64,000 nucleotides of DNA from Haliotis cracherodii. Its lineage: Eukaryota. This document shows positions 49,360 to 63,194 of the stretch, piece by piece (within the stretch, counting starts at the first letter, position 1; every line of letters begins with the position of its first letter). The notes beneath the pieces were generated by a model that was not told the DNA's origin, did not search any database, and was given only the letters and a program-made list of their open reading frames with translations. Position numbers and translations under genes: made by a program. The stretch is from assembly GCF_022045235.1 (NCBI RefSeq), contig NW_027266287.1:3658001-3722000 (forward strand). Direction: 5' to 3'.

Positions 49360-50721
49360 AATGAACAGGCAGATTTGTGTCAAAACATGCTGGTTTCAAT
49401 GTATATTAAATAAATGAAGATCAGTAAAATTATGGTTTGTGAAATTCTGAGATGAGCCCCTATTGGTACCAGGGCCCCATACCAGGAAGCGATTTTTGCA
49501 TTAAGACATAACTACATAACTCCCATATTTTAAAAGACTGAGGACAAAGACCTTTTCGGAAAGAACCCAGGGGCTGAATAAGAGCCATCAAATGGGTGAT
49601 GGATGTATGCTGCTTGTTTGTTTGTTTGTTTGTTGTTTAAAGCCACAGTCAGCAGTATTCCAGCTATATGACAGCAGTCTGTAAATCGAGTCTGGACCAG
49701 ACAGTCCAGTGATAGACATCATGAGCATCGATCCATGCAATTGGGATAAGATGACCAAGTCAGTGAGCCGGTTAGTCACCTCTTATGACAAGCATAGTCG
49801 CCTTTTGTGGCAAGCAGGGATTGGGTAAGACCAATCTTCACAGTTCTATGCTGCTTGTAAGGACTCAGCTATATATACTGGGGAATAACAGGAATGAGCT
49901 TCACCATGTAGAAAATTGAACCAGCCTTCTCTGTATGTGGACGTTTCAACCACTTGGATACCCGACAACCTCTGCAACTAACAAACAACATTCATTCACC
50001 ATTGATTACTTCCTGAGGGAATGGATAGGCCAGTCCTTTATTTCAGAGCAATTCGCTGTGCCCAGTTGCGTTCCTTGGGCACCTTGGGCACGTCCTACAG
50101 CACGCCAGAAACCTAAGTGGGTTGGAATTCTGCTCTGTTTATGTTTTAGTATTGTCAGCATCATACCCTGGTTGGTTTCATCAAAGTGGTAAACATCTAA
50201 GACTTGCATTACTTCGGGCTTTTCTCCCACATGAAGCAGACACTCCTTTGTATACCTGGAATGACCAGCTGACCCACTAACTCCATATTGAAATTTCATT
50301 TTGACCCCTTACTCGGCAGTTTCCGAATGTGTCAGGAAATGTGGTGACGTGCAATTGGGATTTAAGGTCGTGTTCAAGACAAATAAACCGAGTATTTGGT
50401 ATCATGGCTTTCAAAATTTAAGTATTGTTTAACATTCTACTGTCCATAGAAGGACTGGCTAGAATCAGGGGCTTCGTCATCGCTTTGAGAAGCTTGTACC
50501 AAGAGAGATAAGAGAATTGGGAATTTTATCCAAAAAAAGAATTTTCCTCGAAAATTCTTCACAAAAATAATAATGCTTCATATTGTGGGATTAAAAAGAA
50601 ATTGTGTAATTAATTAAAAAATAACTTGTTTTGCAGCTATATTTCTCATTACATGTGGCGTCCAATAACAGCGTATGTCGAAAATGGGAAACGCACTATT
50701 AAATACGGATGTCCTGACTAA

Positions 50722-51357
50722 TGCCCCCATTTCACTACGACCACGAATATCCCGAATCAACCCGAATTTTTCATGTTCGTAGATAAATCTCAGTCATTTG
50801 TTGAAGTTCTTAAATGAATCTTATTTGATTCCCAAACATTCGTTCAGTTCGTGGGAGTTCGTTGAATCGGCGAGAAAGTTTTTGTTTGTCAAAAACTTCT
50901 GTGGAAGGGTCGCCGAATTGCACTTTCGTGGCTGTATCGTAATCCATTCGTAATTAATTCTTATTATTGTTCCGTAACAGTTGCGTAACAGCTTAGAATT
51001 CTTTTACATTCTTGGCTATTCTTAGCGATTCGTGGCCCCCAAATTTTCTTGTCCTCAACTCGAAAACATCCCGAAACAGCAACGAATGTCCCGAGTCAAC
51101 TACGAATCATGTAAGAATTAAGTAAGAACAACATTCGGCATATTCGTAACTTAGTTGCAGGTGATTCTTACCATTCGTGCATGATCCGTACATAAATCTT
51201 GTAATTCGTACGTTTCTTAACCCATTCATGGCATTCTTCATATTTTTCAACCCGATTAGCCACGAAAGTTTGCATTATTGGCCGAATCATCGCGAATTTC
51301 GAAAGTTTCCGATTCGGGGTGTTTCGGGATATTCGTGGTCGTAGTGAATGGGGGGCA
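50722..51357. mobile_element. Harbinger-type MITE
   Basis: ~40-bp TIRs tgcccccatttcactacgaccacgaatatcccgaa / ttcgggatattcgtggtcgtagtgaatggggggca, TAA/TTA flanks. Confidence 0.8.
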
Positions 51358-51361
51358 TTAT

Positions 51362-52500
51362 GGGGGAGCTGCAATAATCCTTGAGGTAGTTCCCCTGAAT
51401 CTTGGCCACCTTGGCAGAAGCGTTGCCAACTAAGTTTCGTCACCCCTCCAGGTACCAGGAGCTCTTCATGGAGTTTGGGGTCTTCGATGTCCATCATCTG
51501 TGCCGCTTGACGTGGGTATCTCATCGTCAGGAGGCTCTGCATCATACAACAGGCCATCACGATGCATTCCACTCTATGCGGGTGTCATTGCATGGAAGCG
51601 AGGAGCGGCGAGAAGACGGTTTACAGTCATGTCATGAGGATCAACAAACAGAGAGTAAATGTACACCTCACAGCGCCAATATAGAATATTTGATATGTGT
51701 TTCGCTGTATTACCGCTGTGAGATGTAAATGTACTCGCTGTGTTTTAATCCCCACATAACTGTCAACTTCCTTCTTGTTCTGCGCATGTCTTGTTTTGGA
51801 AGGCTGCGGTCTGAGAATTTTAGTGTTGCCGTTTCCATGTTTTCGGCAACGTGCTCTCAGATTTATTATGCTGTTCCTTAGTTTTTGGTTACGTTCTCAT
51901 TGTTGTATGTTGCCTATTCCTTATGTATTAGGAGCGGTCGGGTAGCCTAGTGGTTAAAGTGTTCGCTCGTCACGCCGAAGACCCGGGTTCGATTCCCGAC
52001 ATGGGTACAATGTGTGAAGCCCATTTGTGGTGTACCCCGCCGTGATATTGCTGGAATATTTCTGAAAACGGCGTAAAACAATAGTCAATACTCACTCTTT
52101 GTGTATTGTAGGCATTTGACAGTTTTGGTGTTGCGGTCTGTTAGTTGTTTTTGGAGTTAAATGTTCCTTGGTCTTTGGCTATGCGTTGGATGGGTCAAGG
52201 TTTCATGAGCCACGCTCGAGGGGCATAAGCGTTATCTCCTACCAAAAGCAAAGGAATGGGCTTATGATCATTTGGGAGTGGTTCAGCTTCCGAAAGCGAA
52301 GCAGGACGTTGTTCCATGGCCTCATAAAATCCACAGTCTTTAATATGGCAGTATCTGAGCTTGTTCCACTTGCCCCAACGCCTACAAAGAAGACCTTGTA
52401 CTCTGCATGGACAAGGGCGAGTTGTAAATGGAATGAAGCTCCTTATTCTCTGCTTGTCTGAACAGTTTTGTCAGTTCATCTCCTGAGAAAGTATGCAGTG
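51362..52500 (-). pseudogene. PIF/Harbinger (HARBI1-like) DDE transposase relic
   Basis: HSI-LQLALVHAEYKVFFVGVGASGTSSD..EPLPNDHKPIP..VGDNAYAL..WLMKP and C-terminal ECIVMACCMMQSLLTMRYP..PGTWR..NYLKDY across frameshifts; interrupted by a SINE. Confidence 0.72.
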
Positions 52501-53809
52501 TCATCAAAGCATGCAGTTTCACGATAGGTAGTGAGTGAGTATGGTTTTACGCCCCTTTTAGCAATATTCCAGCAATATCACGGCGGGGGACACCAAAAAT
52601 GGGCTTCACAAATTGTGCCCATGTCGGGAATCGAACCCGGGTCTTCGGCGTGATGAGCGAATCACAATAGGTAAAACAGGTCGGATCCACTTTGCTATAG
52701 CTGACTGAAACTAACAACTAATTATATATAATTAATACATGTAAAAACCTGAAATGAAATTAAAACAAATATATACAAAAACTACATCTTTTCAAAGAAA
52801 GATAATTTGAACGATCGTTAACAACCCGAGATGGCCAAATGTATCGTGTTGGTGTATTCACTCTTTTGTGTTGTAAAATGCTATACGAAATTGTGGGCAT
52901 GAAATTACTCGACTGCCACAATTGTTCTGGGCACAGCTGCACAATCACCTCCAGCCATCGGGTGAGTATATTTCAGTAACTCAAATACCCCCACAGCAAA
53001 ACCAGTTTCAACTTACACCAAGAAATAACAGCTTGGCATGCAATATACTCTTTCATCTGATATCGGTCAGTGTTTAGAAAACTCGCAATATTGCCGATAC
53101 GATATTCAATTGTAATTCGTGTATTATTAATCAATACTATCAAATAGCATCACAGTTCAACACACACAGTCTGTTCGCTTTTGTAAAACGGCAAATTTGG
53201 GAAAATATTTTTGGAGGACTGGCCAAATTGTTTCGCTCTATATCCCACATTGTTTGGCATATTCTTCTATTTTGTGTTGTTAATGTCAAACCATAATAGG
53301 TGCTCTGGTCATATTAATATTCGCCGTCACGCTGAAACGGTTACACCGTAATTGTTCGAGGAGGTAGGAATTTTGTGAAAGGCTATTAAAGCGTAATATC
53401 ATGCATATATTAATATATATTTTACAATTAACGAGAATGGGTTTGGTGGCAAAGGAGGAATTTAAGGTATTTATCTGAACTAAATACCTTAAATGTACAC
53501 CGACAGATATATTATACGATAAAATAGGTAGTATGACAAGAAGCGACAGGAATGAAAATACTACGCCGTGTTGTCGGCTGGCGAGCCATTTAGACAACTC
53601 ATGAGCGGATGCGCGCGCATATACATTCAACATCGACATGTTGACCAAAGAACACTAGCTGCACTCGGAAGCGCCTAACCGATCTCTGTGAGTAGTGTTG
53701 ATTCTGTGTTTGTGTCTTACATTTAGGCAACAAATTTGTAAATAAATCTGCTATTATGGAAGTGTATCAGTGCCACAGTCTAAATACTTTATCATCTATG
53801 TAGGTTATA

Positions 53810-56428
53810 TTTACATCTACATAGATAATACTTACATGTACATAGATAATACTTACATGTACATAGATGATACTTACATGTACATGGATAATACTTACAT
53901 GTACATAGATAATACTTACATGTACATAGATAATACTTACATGTACATGGATAATACTTACATGTACATAGATGATACTTACATGTACATAAATAATACT
54001 TACATGTACATGGATAATACTTACATGTACATGGATAATACTTACATGTACATGGATAATACTTACATGTACATAGATCATACTTACAAGTACATAGATA
54101 ATACTTACATATACATAGATAATACTTACATGTACATGGATAATACTTACATGTACATAGATGATACTTACATATACAAAGAGAATACTTACATGTACAT
54201 GGATAATACTGACATCTTCATAGATAATACTTACATGTACATAGATAATACTTACATGTACATAGATGATACCTACATGTACATAGATAATACTGACATC
54301 TACATAGATAATACTTACATATACAAAGATAATACTTACATGTACATAGATCATACTTACATGTACATAGATAATGCTTACATGTACATAGATAATACTT
54401 ACATGTACATAGATGATACTTACATGTACATGGATAATACTTACATGTACATGGATGATACTTACATCTACATTGATGATACTTACATGTACATTGATGA
54501 TACTTACATGTACATGGATAATACTTATATGTGCATAGATGATACTTACATGTACATAGATGATACTTACATGTACATAGATAATACTTACATGTACATG
54601 GATGATACTTACATGTACATGGATAATACTTACATGTACATAGATGATACTTATATGTACATAGATGATACTTACAAGTACATAGATAATACTTACATGT
54701 ACATAGATAATACTTACATGTACATAGATGATACTTACATGTACATAGATGATACTTACATGTACATGGATCATACTTACATGTACATAGATGATATTTA
54801 CATCTTCATAGATAATACTTACATGTACATAGATAATACTTACATGTACATAGATAATACTTACATGTACATAAATAATACTTACATGTACATAGATAAT
54901 ACTTACATGTACATAGATAATACTTACATGTACATAGATAATAGTTACATGTACATAGATGATACTTACATGTACATAGATGATACTTACATGTACATAG
55001 ATGATACTTACATCTACATAGATAATACTTACATGTACATAGATAATACTTACATGTACATAGATAATACTTACATGTACATAGATAATACTTACATGTA
55101 CATAGATAATACTTACATGTACATAGATAATACTTACATGTACATAGATGATACTTACATGTACATAGATGATACTTACATGTACATGGATGATACTTAG
55201 AGCTACATAGATAATACTTACATGTACATAGATGATACTTACATGTACATAGATAATACTTCCATGTACATAGATAATACTTACATCTTCATAGATATTA
55301 CTTACATGTACATAGATAATACTTACATGTTCATAGATAATACTTACATATACATAGATAATACTTACATGTACATAGATGATACTTACATCTACGTAGA
55401 TGATACTTACATCTACATGGATGATACTTACATGTACATGTATTATACTTACATGTACATAGATAATACTTACATGTACATGGATGATACTTACATGTAC
55501 ATGGATAATACTTACATGTACATGGATGATACTTACATGTACATAGATAATACTTACATGTACATGGATAATACTTACATGCACATGGATAATACTTACA
55601 TGTAGATGGATGATACTTACATGTACATAGATAATACTTACATGTACATAGAAGATACTTACATCTTCATAGATAATACTTACATGTACATAGATGATAC
55701 TTACATGTACATAGATGATACTTAAATGTACACAGATGATTCTTACATGTACATTGATGATACTTACATGTACATAGATGATACTTACAAGTACATAGAT
55801 GATACTTACATGTACATAGATGATACTTACATGTACATAGATGATACTTACATCTACATAGATGATACTTACATGTACATGGATAATACTTACATGTACA
55901 TAGATGATACTTACATGTACATAGATGATACTTACATGTACATAGATGATACTTACATGTACATGGATCATACTTACATGTACATAGATGACACTTACAT
56001 GTACATAGATGATACTTACATGTACATAGATGATACTTACATGTACATGGATCATACTTACATGTACATAGATGATACTTACATGTACATAGATAATACT
56101 TACATCTACATATATGATACTTACAAGTACATAGATGATACTTACATGTACATAGATGATACTTACAGCTACATAGAAAATACTTACATGTACATAGATG
56201 ATACTTACATGTACATAGATAATACTTACATCTACATAGATAATACTTACATGTACATAGATGATACTTACATGTACATAGATGATACTTACATGTACAT
56301 AGATGATACTTACATCTACATAGATAATACTTACATGTACATAGATGATACTTACATGTACATAGATAATACTTACATGTACATAGATGATACTTACATG
56401 TACATAGATGATACTTACAGCTACATCG
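53810..56428. repeat. 21-bp minisatellite (~125 copies)
   Basis: Unit tacttacatgtacatagat(a/g)a; gives the YMYIDNT / IIYVHVS pseudo-ORFs. Confidence 0.97.
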
Positions 56429-58281
56429 ATTATTTTAATGATTGAATTAAATGTTTGGAAGCATGCTGGTTGTTGACTTTCATTTGGTCTTTTCCGTTTG
56501 TTTACAACATACTGAGGTCATTTCAACTTGTCAAACCATCAGCGCTAAAATAAAAACACAAACTGCAGAATTGTACTTTCAGTGCTTTATAGGACGATGA
56601 CGAGTATTGGTTTGATATTGGTCTATAGTTTGATTGATTCTCATCCGTTCATATTCACGTTTTACCTCTTAAATGAAGAAATCATGAGAATCAACATATT
56701 CCTCTGGCGTTAACCATGTTATGGTTGATATATAATTCCGCTACAATTTTGAATGAAGACCTATAACTGTTTATTTGTTTGTAGTTTGGAGAACAACTTG
56801 TGCTCTCCTCTCTTTATTACGATTATAAGAGAGTGTGGCGTGTGTCATTCTCCGGTAACTTCGACACACTGAAATGAAGATTTACTTTATGCAATGTTTA
56901 GATGATATCCCGAATGAAGACATGGAAAGGTAGAAAGGCAAACAAATCGGTCATTATTATTGTTGATTGTTTGTTGTTTAACGCCGCACTCAGCAATTTT
57001 CCAGCTATATGACGGCTGTCTGTATATAATCGAGTCTGGACCAGACAATACTGTGATTGATATCATGAGCATCGTTCCACGCAATTGGGATACGATGACA
57101 TGCATCAACCGAGTCAGCGAGCCTGACCACCCGATTCCGTTAGTCGCCTCTGACGACAAGCATATTCACCTTTTACGGCAAGCATGGGTTGCTGAAGACC
57201 TCTTCTACCCCGGATCTTCACGGGTCCATTATTAATTAAGCCAGGGGTTATGTATAACTGACCTAGAACTAGCGTTGATTTCTCGACAAAATATTGTTAC
57301 CTAGATGAAAGTATGTTCTACTTGGATGATATTTTCTTTGAGACTGTGGCACTAATACGCTTACATGTGATAGAATTTGTTTTATGGCTGTATCTAGATA
57401 TTATAACGAGTCAGGAGAGGTTAAAGTGTTATTCTGTCGATCTGAGAGGTACGGCTGACTAAATCATCTGAGGCGTTGAAATTCGCTGTGTAGAGTTGCG
57501 TCCCATACATGTGCCTGAATCCCATGATTGTGTGTTCGAATCAGATTGGCCGTGATTATGATTCTTTGTCGGTCACCGCCATGCCCGCACTCGTGGTTTC
57601 CTCAAAGTGGCCAAAATTCAAAGACATTACTTTTGAATTTTCTGTTACATTAAGCTGACAGGACGTGATGTATTGAAATACTGTTGAAAGTTGCGCGACA
57701 TCTCAGTCTCTCCCTCACTCACTCTTCGACCTTCAGTCTCGACCATTGCTCAGGATATAGTCAGCCGTTTCGCGAACACCTGGTGTCACCATTGCATTCT
57801 GTGATCCTTCAGGGTAGATGTCAGTAAGGGTGTATCTAGTGAGTCAGAATCAGTAAGGGTGACTGAATGGGGTGGTCAGGCGTGGTGACCTGGTTGATTG
57901 CGAGGTCATCGTACCCCGATGACGTGGGGCGTTGCTCATAATATCAACCACTGGTTTATCATGTCCAGACTCAAGTTCTCAGGGCCAGTGACGTGTACTA
58001 TTGCTGACTGCGGCGTTGCACGATATTCACTCACATATATAGATAGGCATGGTTGTGTACCCGTGCCATGGACGACACTATCTCCCCGTACAAATATACA
58101 TATAGGTATTTCTATATTTGCCATTTCACATTTTTCTAGTTCTTTTAAGTAAATTAATAACTTGAAACTGGCACCAAGGACATAACTTCCCAAGATATTG
58201 ACACCTAAATTAACATGATGTTCATTACAGTAAAGCAAATAAAATCATTTCAAGATTTTGTCCGCCTATACCCGTTTGGAG

Positions 58282-58631
58282 GTGAGGTGAGGTGAAATTG
58301 GGTTTAACGTCGCGTCCAAGATTATTGCACTTATATAGCGACGTGCATGCACGCGTGTGTGTGTGGCTGCTTGAACTAGTCCGGACTGATGCCGATTTAT
58401 AGTGCTAGCCCACCGAGATACCATGCCGCAGTTTAACATGAATACCCCACTCAGACACAGTATGCTGACTCCGAGCCGACCAGTCCTTGTTTTAGCCCCT
58501 TAATGCCGAGCGCCAGACAGGGTAATAACAAGTACCATCTTTTAACGTCTTTTGGTATGACGCAGCCGGGGATCGAACACCGGACCTTCCGCTCTCCGGG
58601 CGGACGCTCTACCACTAGACCACGGAGGCGG
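58282..58631 (-). mobile_element. SINE family C, full length
   Basis: Reverse copy with (tcacc)n tail and direct-repeat flanks ctatacccgtttgga / ctatacctgtttgga. Confidence 0.85.
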
Positions 58632-58932
58632 TCTATACCTGTTTGGATCCCAGACACCCTGTGGCAAATCCAACACGTGCACGCTCTGTGGTTCTCCGAT
58701 TGGTAAGATCCTGCGTCTCACCTTCGATGTCCTGCTTGCTGAAGGTTGAGAGGTGCTGACTGGAACTCAGAAACCCCAGTCTGAACTCGGAGCTCTCGGC
58801 TTGCACTTCTCGTTTCAGTCACTGCTTGCTTGTATCATTCCATATTTTATCGGAGAGTCCTGAGATGGGTGACCGCGTTTCGGCAGCTTGGCTCCTGAGA
58901 GTTTCTAGGGCATCGGTCCCACCCCACACTGA

Positions 58933-59094
58933 GTGAGTGAGTCTGGTTTTACGCCGCTTTTAGCAATATTCCAGCAATATCACGGCGGGGGACACCAGTA
59001 ATGGGCTTCACACATTGTACCCATGTCGGGAATCGAACCCGGGTCTTCGGCGTGACGAGCACACGCTTTAACCACTAGGCTACCCGACCGCCCC
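58933..59094 (-). mobile_element. SINE family A
   Basis: Full-length reverse copy, cacactga on both flanks. Confidence 0.88.
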
Positions 59095-59124
59095 TTCCAC
59101 ACACTGAAGCACATGTAGACATGC

Positions 59125-59375
59125 GGCGTCTCCTTGGGAAAGTGATTTTATTCGAAATGTGCCTCTGTTCACCCAGCAGTGAAAGGGTACCCTGTAGGAT
59201 GAGATGGCCATGTGGTTGTTCGTGTTTTAGCGCCTAACAGGCAGCTTTGGTCGTATACTCCCCAGGGAGCTGAGAATGATTGTTGAGTGCAAACTGATCC
59301 GGTGACCAGGGTAATAATAGCGTTTTGAGCATGCCCATGTGTGGAAACATGCGCAATAGCAATAGCCTTTTACTA
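59125..59375 (+). mobile_element. Old SINE fragment with CORE/Nin(Deu)-like body
   Basis: ccttgggaaag..ctgttcacccagcagtgaaagggtacc..tatactccccagggagctgag..agcgttttgagc..gcgcaatagc resembles recalled CORE/Deu-type SINE bodies; not verified. Confidence 0.45.
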
Positions 59376-59520
59376 CTTTTCCTTGTTAACCGTCTTAGTC
59401 ACTGGGTAATTTGTTTAACTCCCAAATCAATATAACTTATTCCTAAACTCTTGTGGGTTCTGAATTTCCAATCGATATGTTGAACCACACCCAACAGCTG
59501 CCACGTGGCTGTTTATACTG

Positions 59521-59782
59521 GACCCGTGAAGATCCGGGGCAGAATAGCTCTTCAGCAACCCATGCTTGCCGTAAAAGGCGAATATGCTTGTCGTAAGAGG
59601 CGACTAACGGGATCGGGTGGTCAGGCTCGCTGACGTGGTTGATGCATGTCATCGTATCCCAATTGTGTAGAGCGATGTTCACGATGTCACTCACAGGATT
59701 GTCTGGTCCAGACTCGATTATTTACTGACCGCCGTCATATAGCTGGAACATTGCTAAGTACGGCTTTAAACAAGAAACAAAA
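59521..59782 (+). mobile_element. Family B short retroposon, full length
   Basis: Matches 44574-44835 from the first base GACCCG to the tail; ends ~90 bp upstream of the GPCR splice acceptor. Confidence 0.88.
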
Positions 59783-59893
59783 TATTGCTCATGGTGACTG
59801 AACCTTTCCTCGACTTAACATTCACTTAATGTCATCACAGAATGATGAGTCTTTGCTTTTTGATTTACAGTAAAAAATAAATCACAAGGAGAG

Positions 59894-60994
59894 ATGTCGA
59901 CCGAAACTACATCCCTGTCTTACACCTCCCCACCATCAACTTCGACGGCCAACAGCTCCTACACCAACGACGACCGCGACGAAATCTTCAACGAATACAC
60001 CGGCTTCCGAGTCCAGACGCTGCCGTATGTCTTGTCCATCGACATCATTGCCGCTCTTGGCATCGTTGGTAACATTTTGACCATTGTGTTGATGACGTCG
60101 AAGACGCAACGCCGATTCTCGTACGCAATCTACATGACGTTTCTTGCCGTCTTCGATTCCCTGGTTCTTGCAATGGTTGCAACAGAGGACACCCTTGACC
60201 ATATGCATGACCTCTTGGAGACCTTCTTGAACAGCCACATCGTTGTGTGCAAACTGTGGATATTCATACTGGAGTGCTCTTTGATAATCTCACCCTGGTT
60301 GCTTATGTCAATGTCGGTCGATCGATACATTACCGTAGTTCATCCAAAATACACTGAACGCATCTGTAGGCCCATTGTCTCTTTAGCCGTAAGCGCAATC
60401 ATATGTGTTGTTGCCATGGTAATGGTATCACCCCTAGTCCACGCAGCGGAATACGTGCCTGATGAAGAAACAGAGCAAGGCTTCATCTGTGGAATGGTTA
60501 ACCCCGATCTTGAACATTATTATATGTTCCTGTCTTCTATAATGGAATCATTGTTGCCCGTGTCGCTCCTGTTTGGTTTCAATATTCACACGGTTGTCAC
60601 CCTGTGTCGATCTGTAAGGGGCGCGTTAGATATCAGGGAAACCAATATCCGAAAAATCACCATTAGCATCGTCTTGGTGTCGATTCTTTCCGCCGTGGCG
60701 CTTGTTCCATTCGCGATTGTGTCCCTCATTGAATACATACTAATCCTGTCAGACACCGACAGGTACCTCATCGGGCTCTTCGGAAGCTTGTGGCACGTGT
60801 TTAACGTTATTCGTTTGGTAAACTACGCGATGAATTTTTATGTCCTCATCATATCTTCAATCCACCACAGAACCATGTTGATTGAGAAAGTCACCTGCTC
60901 GCGTAACGTTAATCAAACCCAGTTGGAAATGACAAAGATTGGCGACGATGACACAAGGATTGATACAAACGTATCGGCCGTAGCAGATGCTTGA
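59894..60994 (+). CDS. Rhodopsin-like (class A) GPCR, FMRFamide-receptor-like/orphan lophotrochozoan type
   Basis: 366 aa intronless ORF, 7 hydrophobic segments, TM1 GIVGN, TM2 LAVFD, TM3 SVDRY, Cys at TM3 top and ECL2, TM7 NYAMNFY; acceptor ttacag at 59870 implies a 5' UTR intron. Confidence 0.92.
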   Translation: MSTETTSLSYTSPPSTSTANSSYTNDDRDEIFNEYTGFRVQTLPYVLSIDIIAALGIVGNILTIVLMTSKTQRRFSYAIYMTFLAVFDSLVLAMVATEDTLDHMHDLLETFLNSHIVVCKLWIFILECSLIISPWLLMSMSVDRYITVVHPKYTERICRPIVSLAVSAIICVVAMVMVSPLVHAAEYVPDEETEQGFICGMVNPDLEHYYMFLSSIMESLLPVSLLFGFNIHTVVTLCRSVRGALDIRETNIRKITISIVLVSILSAVALVPFAIVSLIEYILILSDTDRYLIGLFGSLWHVFNVIRLVNYAMNFYVLIISSIHHRTMLIEKVTCSRNVNQTQLEMTKIGDDDTRIDTNVSAVADA

Positions 60995-61818
60995 ATCTGT
61001 TCACGTGAACATCCCACAAATTTCTCAAAATTATACCGCAAGCCTTAAGAATCAATGGATGTGTCTGTGTTCAACTGTCAATCATTTGTTGACATTGACC
61101 AATCAAAACGCTTCATTTACTTTCGTGTGTGACGTCAAACATTACGTCATTAAGAATATTAGAAGTGGTTATTGTTGACTCATGGCCTGTAAATGCCAAA
61201 CTGGTAGGGTTGCAATGAGACCTGCAGCTGAGCGTTGTAGGCCTAAAAACGACACCTAGGCATGTTCGTCTCATTGCATTAATTACACTATGCAATAGAA
61301 TCAAACTTTCTCCTGTTATTAGGAGAGATTTCCGTACAATAACCATCTTCCCGAGGACTTTTTCAGTCAGTTAACTGTCTTGCCTCGAGAAGATGTAAAA
61401 TAACAGAAAGACGATTTCTACATCAAAGACCGGCTCTATGCAACGCACCCGAGGTGGAGAATAGGTCTCCAGCAACCCATCCTTGTTTGAGGCGACTATG
61501 CTTGTCGTAAGAGGCGGCTAACGGGTTCGTGTGGTCAGGCTCGTTGACTCAACTGCGAAGATCGATGCTTAAGATGTCAATTACAGGATTGTCTGGTCCA
61601 GACTACGTTATTTACTGACCGCCGTCATATATCTTAACTGTTGCTGAGTGCGGCGTTAAACAACAAGCGAGCATTGTGTTGAACAATACACTTTTTTTAC
61701 TTTGTTTGAACCGTTCCTCTTTACTTGAATAAATATAATCAACCAAAAGGGTTTCTTTTCATTTGTAACACTGTGCTGACTGTTCTTAGTTCTGCTGTTG
61801 ATCTGTGACGTTCTCCTG

Positions 61819-62901
61819 GGTGAGAGATGTCTCATGTGAAGGATGAGAGATGTCTCATGTGGAGAGTGAGAGATGTCTCATATGGAGGGTGAGAGATGTA
61901 TAATATGGAGGGTGAGAGATGTCTCATGTGGAGAGTGAGAGATGTCCCATGTGGAGAGTGAGAGATGTCTCATATGGAGGGTGAGAGATGTATAATATGG
62001 AGGGTGAGAGATGTCTCATGTGGAGGATGAGAGACGTCCCTTGTGGAGGGTGAGAGATGTCCCATGTGGAGAGTGAGAGATGTCCCATGTGGAGAGTGAG
62101 AGATGTCTCATATGGAGGGTGAGAGATGTCTCATATGGAGAAGGGGAGATGTCTCATATGGAGGGTGAGAGATGTCCCATGTGAAGGGTGAGAGATGTCT
62201 CATGCGGAGGGTGAGATATGTCTCATGTCGAGAGTGAGAGATGTCTCATATGGAGGGTGAGAGATGTATCATATGGAGGATGAGAGATGTCCCATGTGGA
62301 GGGTGGAAGATGTCTCATGCTGAGGGTGAGAGATGTCTCATGTGGTGCGTGAGAGATGTCTCATATGGAGGGTGAGAGATGTCCAATGCGGTGGGTGAGA
62401 GATGTCTCATGCTGAGGGTGAGATATATCTCATATGGAGGGAGAAAGATGTCCCATGTGGAGGGTGAGAGATGTCTCATGTTGAAGGTGAGAGATGTCTC
62501 ATGTGGTGGGTGAGAGATGTCTTTTGTGGAGGGTAAGAGATGTCTCATATGGAGGGTAACAGGTGTCTCATTTGGAGGATGAGAGATGTCTCTTGTGGAG
62601 AGTGAGAGATGTCTCATATGGAGGGTGAGAGATGTTTCATGTTGAAGGTGAGAGATGTCTCATATGGAGGGTGAGAGATGTTTCATGTTGAAGGTGAGAG
62701 ATGTCTCATATGGAGGGTGAGAGATGTTTCATGTTGAAGGTGAGAGATGTCTCATATGGAGGGTGAGAGATGTTCCATGTGGAGAGTGAGAGATGTCTCA
62801 TATGGAGGGTGAGAGATGTCTCTTGTGGAGGGTGAGAGATGTCTCATGTGGAGGGTGAGAGATGTCTCATATGGAGGGTGAGAGATGTCTCATATGGAGG
62901 G
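61819..62901. repeat. 23-bp minisatellite (~47 copies)
   Basis: Unit tgagagatgtctcatatggaggg with internal inverted repeat TGAGA-gatg-TCTCA. Confidence 0.95.
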
Positions 62902-63194
62902 TTGGAACACTGAGAACTGCGGCACGAGATCAATGGTAAGAGTTTAATCATATCTAGTTCCTGGTTTAACATAAAGACATAAACTCACATTAACGTCGAA
63001 AATTAAAACAAATAATGAATAGAGGTAGGATTATATTTGGACGACAGACATTCCTTTTTCTGCCAGCTCGCCTATCAACCCAGCCCGACCGTCGTCGCTG
63101 GTTTCTGGCCACTGTTTAAAATATCGCCAAAGAAGATAATGATTAATCTGATTTTTTTAAATTATAAGGAAAGTTCCATTTCGGCATATTGCCA

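Noticed and set aside
53767-56445. 762-aa and 476-aa repeat ORFs
   Set aside because: 21-bp satellite open on both strands; variation not confined to synonymous sites and in-frame stops occur on the plus strand.
59521-59620. Family-B head as a canonical hammerhead, HDV-like, twister or pistol ribozyme
   Set aside because: No CUGANGA/GAAA core, no HDV nested double-pseudoknot order, no twister motifs, pistol P2 missing; kept only as an unclassified structured candidate.
62315-62617. MRHLSPST repeat ORF
   Set aside because: 23-bp satellite, unit not a multiple of three.
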